From contig OZ286462.1 in NCBI GenBank assembly GCA_965644265.1, forward strand, positions 63,488,001 to 63,552,000: a stretch of 64,000 nucleotides of DNA, given 5' to 3'. The stretch comes from Glycera tridactyla (Eukaryota). The number at the start of each line of letters is the position of its first letter. The stretch's first letter is position 1. A program made the translations under genes and the position numbers. Under the pieces are notes generated by a model. It did not search any database and was not told the origin of the DNA. It saw nothing but the letters and a program-made list of their open reading frames with translations. Of the stretch, positions 35,388 to 49,741 are shown in pieces.

Positions 35388-36961
35388 CGGCAACTATGCT
35401 GATTTTATCAAGTACCTATATCGAAGTATCTGCGGCAACTATGCTGATTTTATCATGTACCTATATCGAAGTATCTGCGGCAACTATGCTGATTTTATCA
35501 TGTACCTATATCGAAGTATCTGCGGCAACTATGCTGATTTTATCATGTACCTATATTGAAGTATCTGCGGCAACTATGCTGATTTTATCATGTACCTATA
35601 TTGAAGTATCTGCGGCAACTATGCTGATTTTATCATGTACCTATATCGAAGTATCTGCGGCAACTATGCTGATTTTATCATGTACCTATATTGAAGTATC
35701 TGCGGCAACTATGCTGATTTTATCATGTACCTATATTGAAGTATCTGCGGCAACTATGCTGATTTTATCATGTACCTATATGGAAGTATCTGCGGCAACT
35801 ATGCTGATTTTATCATGTACCTATATCGAAGTATCTGCGGCAACTATGCTGATTTTATCATGTACCTATATTGAAGTATCTGCGGCAACTATGCTGATTT
35901 TATCATGTACCTATATTGAAGTATCTGCGGCAACTATGCTGATTTTATCATGTACCTATATTGAAGTATCTGCGGCAACTATGCTGATTTTATCATGTAC
36001 CTATATTGAAGTATCTGCGGCAACTATGCTGATTTTATCATGTACCTATATCGAAGTATCTGCGGCAACTATGCTGATTTTATCATGTACCTATATTGAA
36101 GTATCTGCGGCAACTATGCTGATTTTATCATGTACCTATATTGAAGTATCTGCGGCAACTATGCTGATTTTATCATGTACCTATATTGAAGTATCTGCGG
36201 CAACTATGCTGATTTTATCATGTACCTATATTGAAGTATCTGCGGCAACTATGCTGATTTTATCATGTACCTATATCGAAGTATCTGCGGCAACTATGCT
36301 GATTTTATCATGTACCTATATTGAAGTATCTGCGGCAACTATGCTGATTTTATCATGTACCTATATCGAAGTATCTGCGGCAACTATGCTGATTTTATCA
36401 TGTACCTATATTGAAGTATCTGCGGTAACTATGCTGATTTTATCATGTACCTATATTGAAGTATCTGCGGCAACTATGCTGATTTTATCATGTACCTATA
36501 TTGAAGTATCTGCGGCAACTATGCTGATTTTATCATGTACCTATATCGAAGTATCTGCGGCAACTATGCTGATTTTATCATGTACCTATATTGAAGTATC
36601 TGCGGCAACTATGCAGATTTTATCATGTACCTATATTGAAGTATCTGCGGCAACTATGCTGATTTTATCATGTACCTATATCGGAGTATCTGCGGCAACT
36701 ATGCCAATTTTATCATGTACCTATATTGAAGTATCTGCGGCAACTATGCTGATTTTATCATGTACCTATATGGAAGTATCTGCGGCAACTATGCTGATTT
36801 TATCATGTACCTATATTGAAGTATCTGCGGCAACTATGCTGATTCTATCATGTACCTATATTGAAGTATCTGCGGCAACTATGCTGATTCTATCATGTAC
36901 CTATATTGAAGTATCTGCGGCAACTATGCCGATTTTATCATGTACCCATATTGAAGTATCT
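35388..36961. repeat. Homogeneous minisatellite, 35 copies of a 45-bp unit
   Basis: Unit CGGCAACTATGCTGATTTTATCATGTACCTATAT(C/T/G)GAAGTATCTG recurs every 45 bp from 35388 to 36918. There are no unique spacers. Confidence 0.97.
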
Positions 36962-38636
36962 CAGGAGAGTGTGTATCCAGCTTAAAGGTATTGAGCATGG
37001 ATTCCCTTCGTAACAGATTACTCCCTATACTGTCTTGATGATATGACTGTTAGTTTGTTCTACATAGTTGATAAATGTTCTTGTATGTTCGTCTTATAGA
37101 GATTGGTTCACAATGGATCATGTCAACAAATTGTATGAAGCCCAAGGAAGTATTATGAATCAGTGAGTAAGAGATAAACTTGACATTGAAATAATGCTAG
37201 TACAAACATCCTGATTGTGAAAGAAACTTCAAGATAAAAAAATCAGTCACTACCAGTCGTTGGGAAAATTAACCTGACTATATATTCCATATCCGGATCC
37301 ATATAATCATACCCATTAATATTTGTTATCAGCATCAAGGCATGGGTCTTTTGGTCGATTCACCCTTCTATCTGTAGTATTGTCCAGGAAGAGTAAGGAA
37401 ATTATGACCAGTAATCGTGACTTGGACACGTGTTTGTTGTTCGTCCCATTAGCACTATCTTGGGTTATATTGAGACCCTCATTCAAGGTGCATGGGTGGG
37501 ATGTTTCACAAGCCTTCCCAGCATAATGTACACATTTATGTTATCTACAAATACTCGAGGTTTTCCTTTCTGGATGTGGTAATAATGAATTGATAGAGTC
37601 ATAGGAATAGCAATATATCATGACTAACTCGTGATCATTTTCGCATTGATGTGCATATAAAACCGAACCATAGGATGGGATGAATTCGCCGATGTGAATA
37701 TACCACCACCTGTTCATCTCTGGTAGATCTCATTCAATACAGAAGTTAGATGGATGATGGATCTTCACATGTTGAATCTTGAAATTTAAGTATTATTGAA
37801 AGTGCTCATCACGGTATTTCCAAATTTTTCAGAAACAAATCTTAGCCTAATATCGATTGATTGGTTGATTAGTTGATTGTTTTATGTACCGAGAATACTT
37901 TCTAGGCTATGCCGAGGCGCCAATGTGGAGGGCATAGTAGGGCGCTTTCGAAACTCCTCCTTCTTATTCTCCCACGGGAGGTAAGAATTAATGAAACTGA
38001 CAGGGATTATCGGACGCCGTCACTACCTCCTCTTGCTTACTGTAATAGAAATAACCTTGACCCATTGAGCTGTCCCCTGTCGCCAATAGCAACCACTCAT
38101 TAGAGACAGAAATCCAGTACAATGTCTTCCCTTATTGGCAAAAGACAATTGACAGTAATAGATACCAACTCGGCAATACCGTTCCCAAGGTGATGTGTTT
38201 TTGTCCATTCACAGCGCACATCAACGAAGGGGGGAGGGATCACTAAGGTTGGTGATGATGACATACTCTGAAGAAACGGAATAGATGTTGACTAGTTGGT
38301 GGTTCGATCACTCAGTAGATTGGTTGATTACTTGCTTGTTCGCATTTGTTCTTAATCTATAAAAGCTGGATGTTATGCCCCTTGCAAACATCACACTGGC
38401 ACCAGGGTGAAGGGGGTCTACCGGGGTGTCGGGTAGAAGTATCTGACGCCTCTACACACCCTACATGAGCCAGAATGAACATACTCGTGACATATAAAAC
38501 TAGGTATCTCGTGGGAGGCTGACGTTCGAGACTGGTAGCAATGTCTTTCTCTCTCTCTGTATATATATATTTTCGAAAATACTCCCCTAAGATCATTCAA
38601 TAAACACAGTTTTTTCTGAAGTGGATTTTTTTTTCT

Positions 38637-41191
38637 AAAATCAAAAAACAACAAAGCAGTGTGTGAAGTTTTCAAAAACAAACATGTCATTGAAGTTCTA
38701 ACAGCTTTATTTAATCAATGCCTCGAAAACGGTCTCGTGTCCGTAATTTGGCTTAAAGGCATCATCAAATCCAATCCCAAAGAGTGCAAGTAGTGATCCA
38801 AGGGTTCCCTTGCATTACAGAGGTATCAGCCTCCTGTCAGTAACCAGCAAATTGTATACGGGGCTTGTGGCTAGCAGAGTCGGAGGCTTTCTGGAAACCA
38901 ATGATATTTTGGTGAATGAACAAAACGGTTCCCGGCCCGACAGGTCTTGTCTAGACTACATATATTCCCTTGACAATGTTCTAAGAATCCGCAAGGGCAA
39001 CAATGAGGAAATGTTCTGTGTGTTCATTGACGTCCAGAAGGCCTTCGACTATGTGAACCACGAGTTTTTATTTCACAAACTGATGGAAAATGGTATCAAT
39101 GGCAACATCTATAACACCATAAAAGCTATGTACAGCTCGCCTACCAGCTGTGTCAGACTTAATGGCCAGCAGACAGACTGGTTTCCGGTATAATCTGGCG
39201 TAAGACAGGGAACTCCCTATCACCCACACTCTTTGCTCTGCTTATTAACGATCTGGCCAAAGAGATAAAACGAACAAATCGAGGGGTTGAAGTGGGGAGA
39301 ACAACCCGAGTATTCTACTATACGCCAATGATATTGTTCTCCTAGGGGGCACTGCCAATGACCTGCAATATATGCTTGACATCCTGGATTCCTGGTGAAC
39401 CACCTGGGGCATGAAAATTAACATCAAAAAGAGCAAGGTGGTGCACGTGAGGAACAAACAACGCCCCAGAGGACAAGGAAACTTTATACTTGGAGAGAGA
39501 GAACTTGAGTTTGTAGAGGACTATGAGTACCTGGGGTGCTGGGTGAATGATTTTTTGAATAATAGGAAAACAGTTGATGCCCTCACTACAGCTGCGGGAA
39601 GATCTTTTGGGAGGATTGTGAATATGTTTAAAACAACTCTCAGATATGGGCCACAATACATACAATACTCTTGTTGAAACATATATACTCCCAGTCGCAA
39701 ATTATGGCTCAGCAGTGTGGGGATACAAAGATTACCCAGCCCCCCAGGTACTCCAGAACAGAATAATCCAATTTTACCTGGGTTTACACCGATTCGCTCC
39801 TCTGGCTGCCACACATACCGAAATGGATGCAATACCCATGTCCTTCCATAGATGAATCAATATTCTCAGGTATCACAACCGTCTCCAAAGTATGAAAAAT
39901 CATAGGATCCCAAAAATCATCCACCAATGGAATCAATTGAATTCAAAAACAGACTGGCTCTCAGACGTAATAAAAATCCACGAAGAAATCAATCTGACCT
40001 ACAACCCCGAAACACAAATAAGCCTGGAAGACATAACATCCCGTTCATATGAAAAAGTCAAAAATGACCGTCTGGACGAAATCAAGGAAAAACCCAAACT
40101 ATGAACTTACATTAAAATTAAATATTTTGAAAAACCATTGACACTAGTAAGAGCAAACCTCACACATAATCAAAGATCAATAGTTGCCAAATTGCTATGT
40201 GGAGTACTACCAATAGAGATAGAAACCGGAAGGTATGTGGAGAAAAAGCCAGAAGAGCGTATCTGCATCATATGTGACACACTTGTAGTTGAAGATGAGG
40301 TACACTTTGTCTTAAAATGCCCAAGATTGGAACACTGAGGGATGCACTCATTAAGGGCTTGACCCTTCCAATGAACTTCGACCATTTAGAAGACACCGCC
40401 AAATTGAAAATATTCTGTCAGCCAGTTAACATAGTGCATTTTGGCCGATGTCTGGAATCAATGTTCATGGAACGCCGAGCAATTCTATTTCCAGCCTCAA
40501 AAAAAGCAAATTAATTTTGTGTCCTATTTTGTGTCCTAGTCCTATGCGTCCTAGACCTTACCCTCGACTTCCACCATTTATTTATTACTTTTATATACAT
40601 ATTTCGGTACAGTCATATATACGTATTATACAACCCACGTAGGTTTTTACCATTTATTGGTTCACCTGTATTATTATGTGCCATCTACCCATGCCCCTTC
40701 ACCAAGATATATGATCACATGTATTCTAGTCATCTATGTCCAACGGAGACAACCTCACACCAATCTATTCAATGTTTTATGTATGAAATGTCAGCGCCTC
40801 TTAGACTGATCCCTACCCGACCAAGTTGCACTAATTCATCAACTAACAAATAACCCACTCTCACAACCCCAGAACACGAAATAAGCAAAAGAAGCACACA
40901 TTCTCACGAAATATCGACCCACACCCACCCACACGCCGATGAGCAGACCCAAACCTCCCGTAACTTGGGTCTGCTGGGGGATGACCACAAACAGGAAGTA
41001 TATGTCACTAAAAACACTAATTCAATACACTAATGTTTCGTAGCCGAATAGAATGGTAGGCTACCAAGTCTCATAGACCCTTCAGGGGCCGGAGGTCAAT
41101 ACACTATATTATATTTTCTGCTCTACACCGTATATACATGTAAATGACCTATGACTCGATAATAAACTCAAGTTAGGTTATGTTATGTTAT
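38637..41191 (+). mobile_element. 5'-truncated, decayed non-LTR retrotransposon (RTE-X-like; L2/CR1 not excluded)
   Basis: Broken ORF2 reads KSKNNKA..LFNQCLENG; YRGISLLS..NEQNG..FIDVQKAFD; GVRQG..LSPTLF; LYANDIV (YADD mutated, 39321-39332); YEYLG; NYGSAVWG; IETGRY..RICIIC..EDEVHFVLKC. The 3' end is AATAAA (41161) plus a (GTTAT)n tail. Confidence 0.85.
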
Positions 41192-44100
41192 ATACACGAC
41201 TCGAAACAAAGAGATGCATAAGATAGCAGGGGTACTCAACCAGTGGATTCAACTGTCAACTTCCCAAGTGCGGTACAGTGTTAGTGTAGGCCCTATGCTC
41301 GCAACATAATACCATCACACTTCTACTGTGGCCGGTCCACAGCACTGGAAACATAAAACCAGTGTGTCTCTGAGGCACACTTCATGGAAAATGACAGACG
41401 AACCATATATAACATATGAGCGAGCGACAGAATGAATACCTGATTTTGGTGGAGGATGAACACCAGGTAGTGGGAGATGGTTGGTTGATCGGTACCGTCT
41501 CATGGGGACCAGAATGAAGCCAACCATTCGGCTGACTGGTAACCAAGACATTAGGCTGAAACCATGGTCTGTGGAAAATTATTTCTCAAAATACGGACAC
41601 GATTTTGGAAACGAAAGTCTGGCGTGATGATTTCAGGGAAGCGCGTTCATGAGGATTGAAGACAGCAACTGGACCATGGGTTTCAGCAAAAGATATTTTA
41701 TTGCATGCATAATGCTTATATGATCTGCAGTGGAAATGAAACATTTCGGCTCAAATTTCTGATGCCTTTTTTTCATAATCTCACTCATATCAATTTGTAC
41801 CTTCTAATTTGGATAGGATGGGGTAGCATTTCGGCATAGAATATACCTGATACTGCAAGCTGATTTACAATTGTTGTTGTTCAAAATTATTGGTATTGCA
41901 TCTCATGAGGCTGATGAAGAAAAAAGTATCTGTTTGAATATTTTGATTGAAATTGACAATATTTTGAAGCCTATAAATATAACAGTAGGTCTGTCCAAAA
42001 CAATAGCTGAAAATAATACTATATTCACTGTTGATAGACCGGGGTTTGTTTTCATTGTGTGGTGTGGGCGGCAAATGTATTTCAATATATATCAGACTTC
42101 AGGGGCATGCAGGCTCTCCGCCTACTGCAACCTATATGTTTGGGACACAACCATTCCCTGTGAGAGTCCTGCACGTGTCCAAACAGGGGGTAACATCCAA
42201 TATAGTGAGTGAATTATGAGAGCCATTATAAAATAAGCTCTTGGGCCGTTGGCCGACATCAGGGGATTGTGTAATACACGTTCTGCATCTACGTCCTAGC
42301 CGGAAAAACAAGGCGCGTCATAATGATGGTATAACGCAGGGCGACCATTTAGCTGATGTACTATATATGATGCGCCTGTCATGTCGGCTACATCAAAGAG
42401 CCGCTCATCTATTCACGCATCGTGGATAATGCGCAGCAGATCATCCTTTCGCATAACATCCAACCCTCTCCATCCAACACACGAAAACCCCAGATCTTTG
42501 AAAAAAATTGGGTAGTATTCCCAAAAGGTCAGAAGATTTGGGTCACAAAAAGGAGGGCTTTAACTTTTCATCACACGTATCACATAATTTCTCACGCTTA
42601 CCAGATTGGCAATGCCAATCCTTCAAATTCTTCATCTATCAGAAATTGATATAATTGAATGATCCATTCTGATACTCACTCGCAAATGATTTTATTTTCT
42701 TGAGTGAGGTCTGAGAAAAATTGCCTATTTCCTCTGAAAATTTTATGTCTCTTTGTATGCTAGAATATACAACTGTTGTATGTATGTTAGTTTTCGCCAT
42801 GTATTGTTATATTCTCTTACATAATGTATTTTGTTCACTTGCACTCGAAGAGTTGGTGATGTTGTCCCTGGAACTTCCCTCCTACAGTTTAAATAAGAAA
42901 TCCGAAGTTCAAACCTCAAAAAGGCATCATATCAATGTCTAACACGTCTGATTCGATGAGTTTCTCGTCACGATGGACAACATAATCTCTCAACAACAGA
43001 ACCTTATCGTTGAGTCCCAGACCACCAAGCGTGTTCTGTATGGGAATCATATGAGTACCCGCCTCATGTTCTTGCTCTATAAACTCTCACCTATCACCTG
43101 ATATACACAAGTCTTCGAAGGATAGATATATATCTCACTATATAACTAACTACAGACACCCATGGCAGATGGTAATGATTTTCAGTAATGAACACGGAGG
43201 CAAAGGTGAAGTGAATCGATTAATTTCTCAGGACATTGTCTGTCGAATCAAACTCGCACTGATTCAAAAAACTTGAATTCTCATCAACAATTTCCGCTGC
43301 CGAGTCCGAACAAATTCCTAATGATTCCATCCAGGGTATCCGTTTTCGATGAAATAAAGCATGCATTTGATTGAAAACCTATATGATAACTTTCTTCGAT
43401 ATCATGTCATGATGCCTCATAAATGGTATTCGAAGTAACTGACCTGAGAGTGTGGCGTGGAATATGGGGATACTTAGAATAATGGTGTCTGCGGCAGATA
43501 TAGTGTCTGCAGCCTAACTCATCATTCTATCTGATAGCATCAGATAATATGAACACCATCCAGAAGAGTGATGGCAGGCCACCCGCTATCCCAGCATCAC
43601 TAACATCCCCATATTACAATATGCAACCGCATCTATGCACCGAGATGGCTGTACAAAACCCAGAGCAAGCTGGAGCAAAATCCACAATCTATGCTCATAT
43701 GTTCGGTGGTACGTCCATCTGATATTCATCGCATAGACTAATTGTCCATCATTTGGACATCCACCCATCTATGCATATCCGTACATCGACTCAGCCATAG
43801 ATACGGAGAGCAACCAATACGTTGAATACCCGCACATCCGTACCTGGGAGTCATAAGGGAACAATACAATACAAGATTGACAATACACATGCATTATCTA
43901 ATCAGTGTGATGTACACATCANNNNNNNNNNNNNNNNNNNNNNNNNNNNNNNNNNNNNNNNNNNNNNNNNNNNNNNNNNNNNNNNNNNNNNNNNNNNNNN
44001 NNNNNNNNNNNNNNNNNNNNNNNNNNNNNNNNNNNNNNNNNNNNNNNNNNNNNNNNNNNNNNNNNNNNNNNNNNNNNNNNNNNNNNNNNNNNNNNNNNNN

Positions 44101-45043
44101 NNNNNNNNNNNNNNNNNNNNNNNNNNNNNNNNNNNNNNNNNNNNNNNNNNNNNNNNNNNNCATATATATACTATGTTTGAATGATGAGACACACAAGGGT
44201 TCTCCTATTATCTGTCAAGTGGATAGGCTGAGCCTACTCTACATTTGGCAGGTATAACAATCCCCATCACTGAAGAATGTAGAGCAAGCCATTGTCTGGG
44301 ATATGACAAGCCAGGCGCCTCACAATAGGCTACCAGTTTACATATGTCTTCGTGTCTCATCCGACTCATCCTTCATACAAATAACATCCACACACATACA
44401 TACATCCACACATATATGTATGCACACTATTTCACGCAAGAAGACTAGCTACGACATATGCATAGGTTAATCTCTGCAATTAGAAAGGGATGAGAGGAAG
44501 TGGACTAGGGCGAGAGAGCGGGAAGGGCATGAAGAATATGCTAGCGTCATTAATTATATTAGTGATGGATGTTTTGGCATGCTGGGTGATTCTGATCGAT
44601 ATGACTCTGAACTTTCCCCACTTCTTCCTGGCATCCAGTATCATACTCAAGGTCCACATTGGCAATCGATTCCGTACTGAATCTTGTAACCTATCCGTAA
44701 ATTTGAATGGGGAAGGTCCAGCAGATGAAATCTGTCGTAGAGACTGTTCCAATTCATGACGGACTTTCCCTAATGAGAGAATTCGTCTATCGCATGGTCT
44801 ACATATCTGACAATATAATGCCTTATCAATAGCGATTCCAGCGTCTATGTGTAAAATTGATGAAGAAGATGGAACTGAGAGTATGAATTGCTGTAGTGGT
44901 TATCTGTCACATGTAGTATCAAGCAGTCATAGGACCCATAAATGGACAGAATGAATTCATAAACTGTTTTTTTCGCTGCCACAACAGCACATTCATTGTC
45001 ACTTCATATGACGAGAGTAACTGGATGCTCTCTCTAAGTGGGT

Positions 45044-45044
<1 letters not shown>

Positions 45045-45123
<79 letters not shown>
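45045..45123. repeat. (CT)n microsatellite
   Basis: Direct reading. Confidence 0.97.
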
Positions 45124-45126
<3 letters not shown>

Positions 45127-47649
45127 AGTTTGCGGTGTCTTCGTGAATTAATTCAAATGAACTTTTGGCTGGTGCATGAACACGTTCTTGTGAGTGGCAT
45201 GTATATTGAAGGAAATTTGGTATATGAGCCTGGTAGATACACCGAGAAAAGTGACACACTGTGACACTTTTGAATAACTTGATTCAACCTAAAGTGGAAT
45301 ATCAATATGTCAAAATCGAATAACAGATCTCACTCGTGCGTTCAGCGCTCTCCTATGTAGACAGACTATGTATCATCAATTGATTGCACGGTCTTCACAA
45401 TCAGTGCTCACAGGCTGTGAAGGACTTTTTTTAAAGTGAAAGTGTCATATCTTCAGGATCAAGCTGAATCAATCTGCAATTGTGAAGCTTTTCATGCTGG
45501 GATTGTCTCCTCTGATCTCAAGCAGTCAAAATCGAGCACACTCTTTTTTGTGACAAACTTTCTTCCCCAAGCATGAGTGCTTGACCTAAAGAAGATACGG
45601 CTGCGGACCAACGGGGAGGAGTCGCAACCTCTGCGAATCACATACCACAAACTATTTCATAAGATCTGTTATTGTATCATTTAATGCCATATATGGAACT
45701 AAGCTGAGACACCTGTGTATGACACATACTGGGCCTTCTAGTGAGAACATTGATGTCAGTCATTTGCGCAATAATCACCCTCCATACAACGCCTCGCAGA
45801 CGCAATAACAAAACATCTGTGCACATGCAACAGTATATTGTAAGAGTATGGTATTTCTGTCCATCGATTTCCATCGTAATAAGTTCAGGACTTGCAGTTC
45901 AGGTTTACCCGTTAATCTGACATATTTGTCTGAATAATGGTGTGGCATAGGCCCGAGCATATTTTCAACTTCATATTTTCAACTTCATATTGTAGTATCT
46001 GCAGAACATGCCGTGGCGTATTTATAAAGAGCACTCCGAGTGCTGGGTATGCACCGGCCACTCGTGCGTCACCAGAGATCGCTACTCTGTGTGTACACTC
46101 CTTCCGTGCCCGGCACAAATAACATTCTGAATTTATCATCCAATATTACTCGAAAACAAGAAAAATGACATTTGAAAGCCTCCGAAGTTTGAAAATCCAG
46201 AAAATGTGTGACTCTTCAGACATGCCCACTTCGATGTTTACATGTTATCATGGGATGGCGCACTTCATCAGCATGCGGTCCGGCAAAGTTCGGCAGCGTT
46301 CGGCAATGTTTGGAGCCATGTCACGTGATCAACAGGACTAATCGAGTGGGCGTAATGGCCTAGTGCATTTCGCTCTCGTAGTAAAGCCCGTCAGTGAGGC
46401 AGATGGGAAGACGGAGCTTCCAAACACGCTAGAATCGATATTGGATGATAATGTAAGAGAATAGTGTGTTAATCAATTTACAGGGTGATCATTGCACATA
46501 TAGCTTAGTTGATTGGATGTCGAATGCCTCCCGGGCAAGACATCGGTCATATCAAAACGCCATGCTGCGAGAATAGATGTTGACAATTAGAACTCATCAT
46601 TTTGAGTCCATAATGAACGATGATATCAGATGGCATACTCTATAGGTATCATTTTAAGACTTGAAGGTGAGATATGTTTGTTATTCTGACCTATTTGTCG
46701 GGGCAAACACTTGTACTTGGGCCAAAGTATATTTGGACATCAAAGTGCAGTTAAGCATCCCACAGTGAGTGTAAGTCATAGTTTGTCTACACTACAAGTA
46801 TCATTTCAACACTTGCAAATCAGGTATGTCCTCCAATAATAGTGCAGAAAGCATGAGGTTATCTTTGGGATCTGCACACCTATTCGGCATCTTCTAGTAC
46901 GGGTAAATCATAGTTTGAGACGAACAAGTAGACCGTGGTCGTCACAAGGGACACGGAGAGCATCAATTATGCATTTTGACTGAAGACTGGTCAAAGGTAG
47001 CAGGGTGCTCGGATCTCTGTCATCATTCCAACTTTTATGAAATTTTTATGGCATATAAAAATCATGTTTGCAAGGTTCGCAAGTAGTTTTTATCTGTTGA
47101 GTGGCTTGTTTGTGCTTCTTTAGGCCCTGAATACCCACAGTGGTATGAGGTATTTCTTCAGACATTCCCTTCTACCTCGTCGTACAAACATGTGCTCATG
47201 CTCTGTGCGTGTTGCTGATATCGATCTCATAAAAATCTCATAAAAATGGGACAATTTAGACATACTTATACACATCTGGGAGCTGGTACTGCACCTTGAT
47301 AAGTGATCCTCTTTCAACGATGAAAAACGTGAGCAATGTTTTCACCCATAAACTGCCAACTTTCAATCAGCTTCACAATTATATTCAACGCCCACAGATC
47401 ACTGTACAATGGATCCAACATGTCCTAGTAAATCTAATTGCATCCTTAGTAGGCCAACACTGGCGTTCTCATGATCACTTTCGAAGAGAAAATGCTCCAA
47501 TACCTGTTCGAGATGCTATCCAATCAATCAAAGGTCTGGGGAATTTTGGTGGGGTAAAGTGAAAGATACTGGGACCTCTCTTTAGAGGTCAGGACTTACC
47601 CTGCATCCTATAGACTTATCACAGGACAAACCACAAAAAGACCTAGAAT

Positions 47650-48450
47650 CACAGATGAGTATCAATACAGTATGGATAATATTCATTTTCCAAGAAGTTT
47701 TGCATTTCGCATTTGAATGCATTCACTTTTTCCAATGATATGGTTGACCGTGGGAGGTAGTACCTGTCATAGATGGATGCATCGGAGAGGTGCCTGGATG
47801 AGTGCGAGCCTTGGAATCCAGGGTCGTTCACATCCAGCATCCTGAGTCTGCATTCATTTCCGGTATCAACTTGTCATTTATCTGGATCAAATAACGATAT
47901 TCAGGTACTAATATTCATCCCCCATAGATATTCGACACAAAAACATGTGATTTGCCATCTACTCAGACAATGATCTGATTCAACGACAAATCTCTGTTCC
48001 ATCTAGTTATTTTCCGAATGAGAAAACATTGAACCTCAACTCACGATGTATCATTTACAATCAGGCATATTCTGATTCTTTTCCATAGTTGATGTCATCC
48101 CGAACATGCTTTGGGGTGTGATCGGAAATTGTTATTTCATATGGCAGCATATGTACAGAAAAGTACAGTTATGCTCTAATGCATTTGACGACACCATGTC
48201 TTTGTAGTATAAAATCGTGTAACAGATATACAGCTAGACGAAAGGGGGAATGAAGGACGGTTTGAGTTTGAATGGGAGGATATTGGATTTACGGGGTCGA
48301 GGGATGTGAGTCGGAGGTGTAATTTGTGAAACTGAGTTCACTCAAACCATATGGTGTGACTCTTCTGAACAGTCTCTCCAACCAACCTTCTACATAAAGT
48401 AGGGGAATATGCATCTTTGACAAATTTATATATGATACTCTGAAAGACCT
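47650..48450 (-). mobile_element. Stacked LINE (CR1/L2-type) 3'-end relics
   Basis: YLPRSTISLEKVNAFKCEMQNFLENEYYPY (47650-47760) resembles the CR1 C-terminus (LP..VV...VN.FK..LD). Segment 48100-48350 has a diverged copy at 51715-52000. Confidence 0.35.
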
Positions 48451-49741
48451 ATATGTTGCTACCTTGACATGAAAACATACGTCAGGTATGAATGTTCCAA
48501 CCGCAGCCAACAACATATGGGGGGAAATGAGGAGTCAGAAGATCCCTAAATACCAAGGAAGACTTCAGGAAAAAGCCTGGAGGGATCAATAAGGTGTGAA
48601 AAAAGAAATATATGGTGATAGAGTGGAAGGGGGCCTAGATACAGATAATGGTATTACGTGTTCTAAGAACTGCATCTTGCTCAGAATGGAAGATTGAAAT
48701 CGGGCTTGTGTGTTGGTTTCCACCCAGTTTCAGAGATAAATATCCCATCTCAAGGCCCACCATATTTATTTTGGATTGTTAGATATGTGTCTGAACTGTG
48801 GCTACTTTCACTTTCCACTTCCACTTCCAACTCTTCAGGTTCCCTGTACAAGGTTGGTATAAGTGATACATGCAGAACTTCTAGCTTTCATTGACCAGGA
48901 ACATATCGTGTACATAATCCTCCAGGCAGATTCATGCCATCAAACCTCAACTAAACAGTAAAGTAGTCAATTTAGTTGGTATAATGAGTATGGACGGTGA
49001 GTGAAGAGCAGGTAAGTTAGTGTCTGGTCGCTCAAGTCTTTCTCATTACTGGGCCGCCATCTTTGTCACAGCCATGGCCGCCTTGGGCCTCCTTCTCATT
49101 GAAGTCCTCTCCATCATCAAGGGCATCAGTGCCGTCGTCATGGTGATATATCATCATCTTATCATTGTTTATATTTCACATCCAAGCCAGCCTCCACAAC
49201 GACCTTATTCAATATTTCAACCTTTCCCAAGATGGCTGCCTGACTGAGTTCTGGGAATGAACTCCCATTCAATTTGAACATGGATGGCTGAGAAGAAACG
49301 CCCTTTTGAGAATAGCATTCAATTTTTTATATGTTAAGGAATCAGCATCTATAAAGTGTGTGTGTTAACTTCAGGATAGGACAAATTCCAATGCGAATGA
49401 TGAGTAATAATGGTCAATTTGGAAATTGAAGTGAAAAAGGCTTGGCCTCGTCTTGTTAAGAGGACGAATCGTCAAGGATATTATATAGCGTGATTTATAG
49501 CTGCGTCTCATGCGTGCATCACCCACACCAAACCTGAACACAATATCATGATAAGGCATAGATGCTGTCATCCGGGAGTATCTGTCAGTTCAGACCCACC
49601 TCTATCTTCATGCAATAACACAAATATATCAACTTACGGCATAACTATATATCATTGAATTTAAATGTTCACTGATGAGCCTCCGTTGGAATGATGTTAT
49701 TTTGTCAAAACAATGTCATCGAGAGTGCCAGTGAACCCAGG

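Noticed and set aside
35388-36961. CRISPR-like interpretation of the 45-bp (and 39-bp) arrays
   Set aside because: Units are head-to-tail with no unique spacers, no cas genes are present, and the context is eukaryotic.
35264-36985. 573-aa ORF of (EVSAATMLILSCTYI)n
   Set aside because: It results from a 45-bp unit that has no stop in one frame, and its ATG lies inside repeat B2. There is no non-repetitive domain, so it is not called as a gene without expression data.
37260-37600. Possible second Penelope GIY-YIG remnant on the minus strand
   Set aside because: Similarity is too weak to support by eye.
40930-40990. Possible hammerhead or HDV-like ribozyme (CCGATGAG followed by a stem)
   Set aside because: It lacks CUGAUGA and the GAAA core after stem II, and the HDV P3 pairing cannot be built. 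Kept only as a hairpin.
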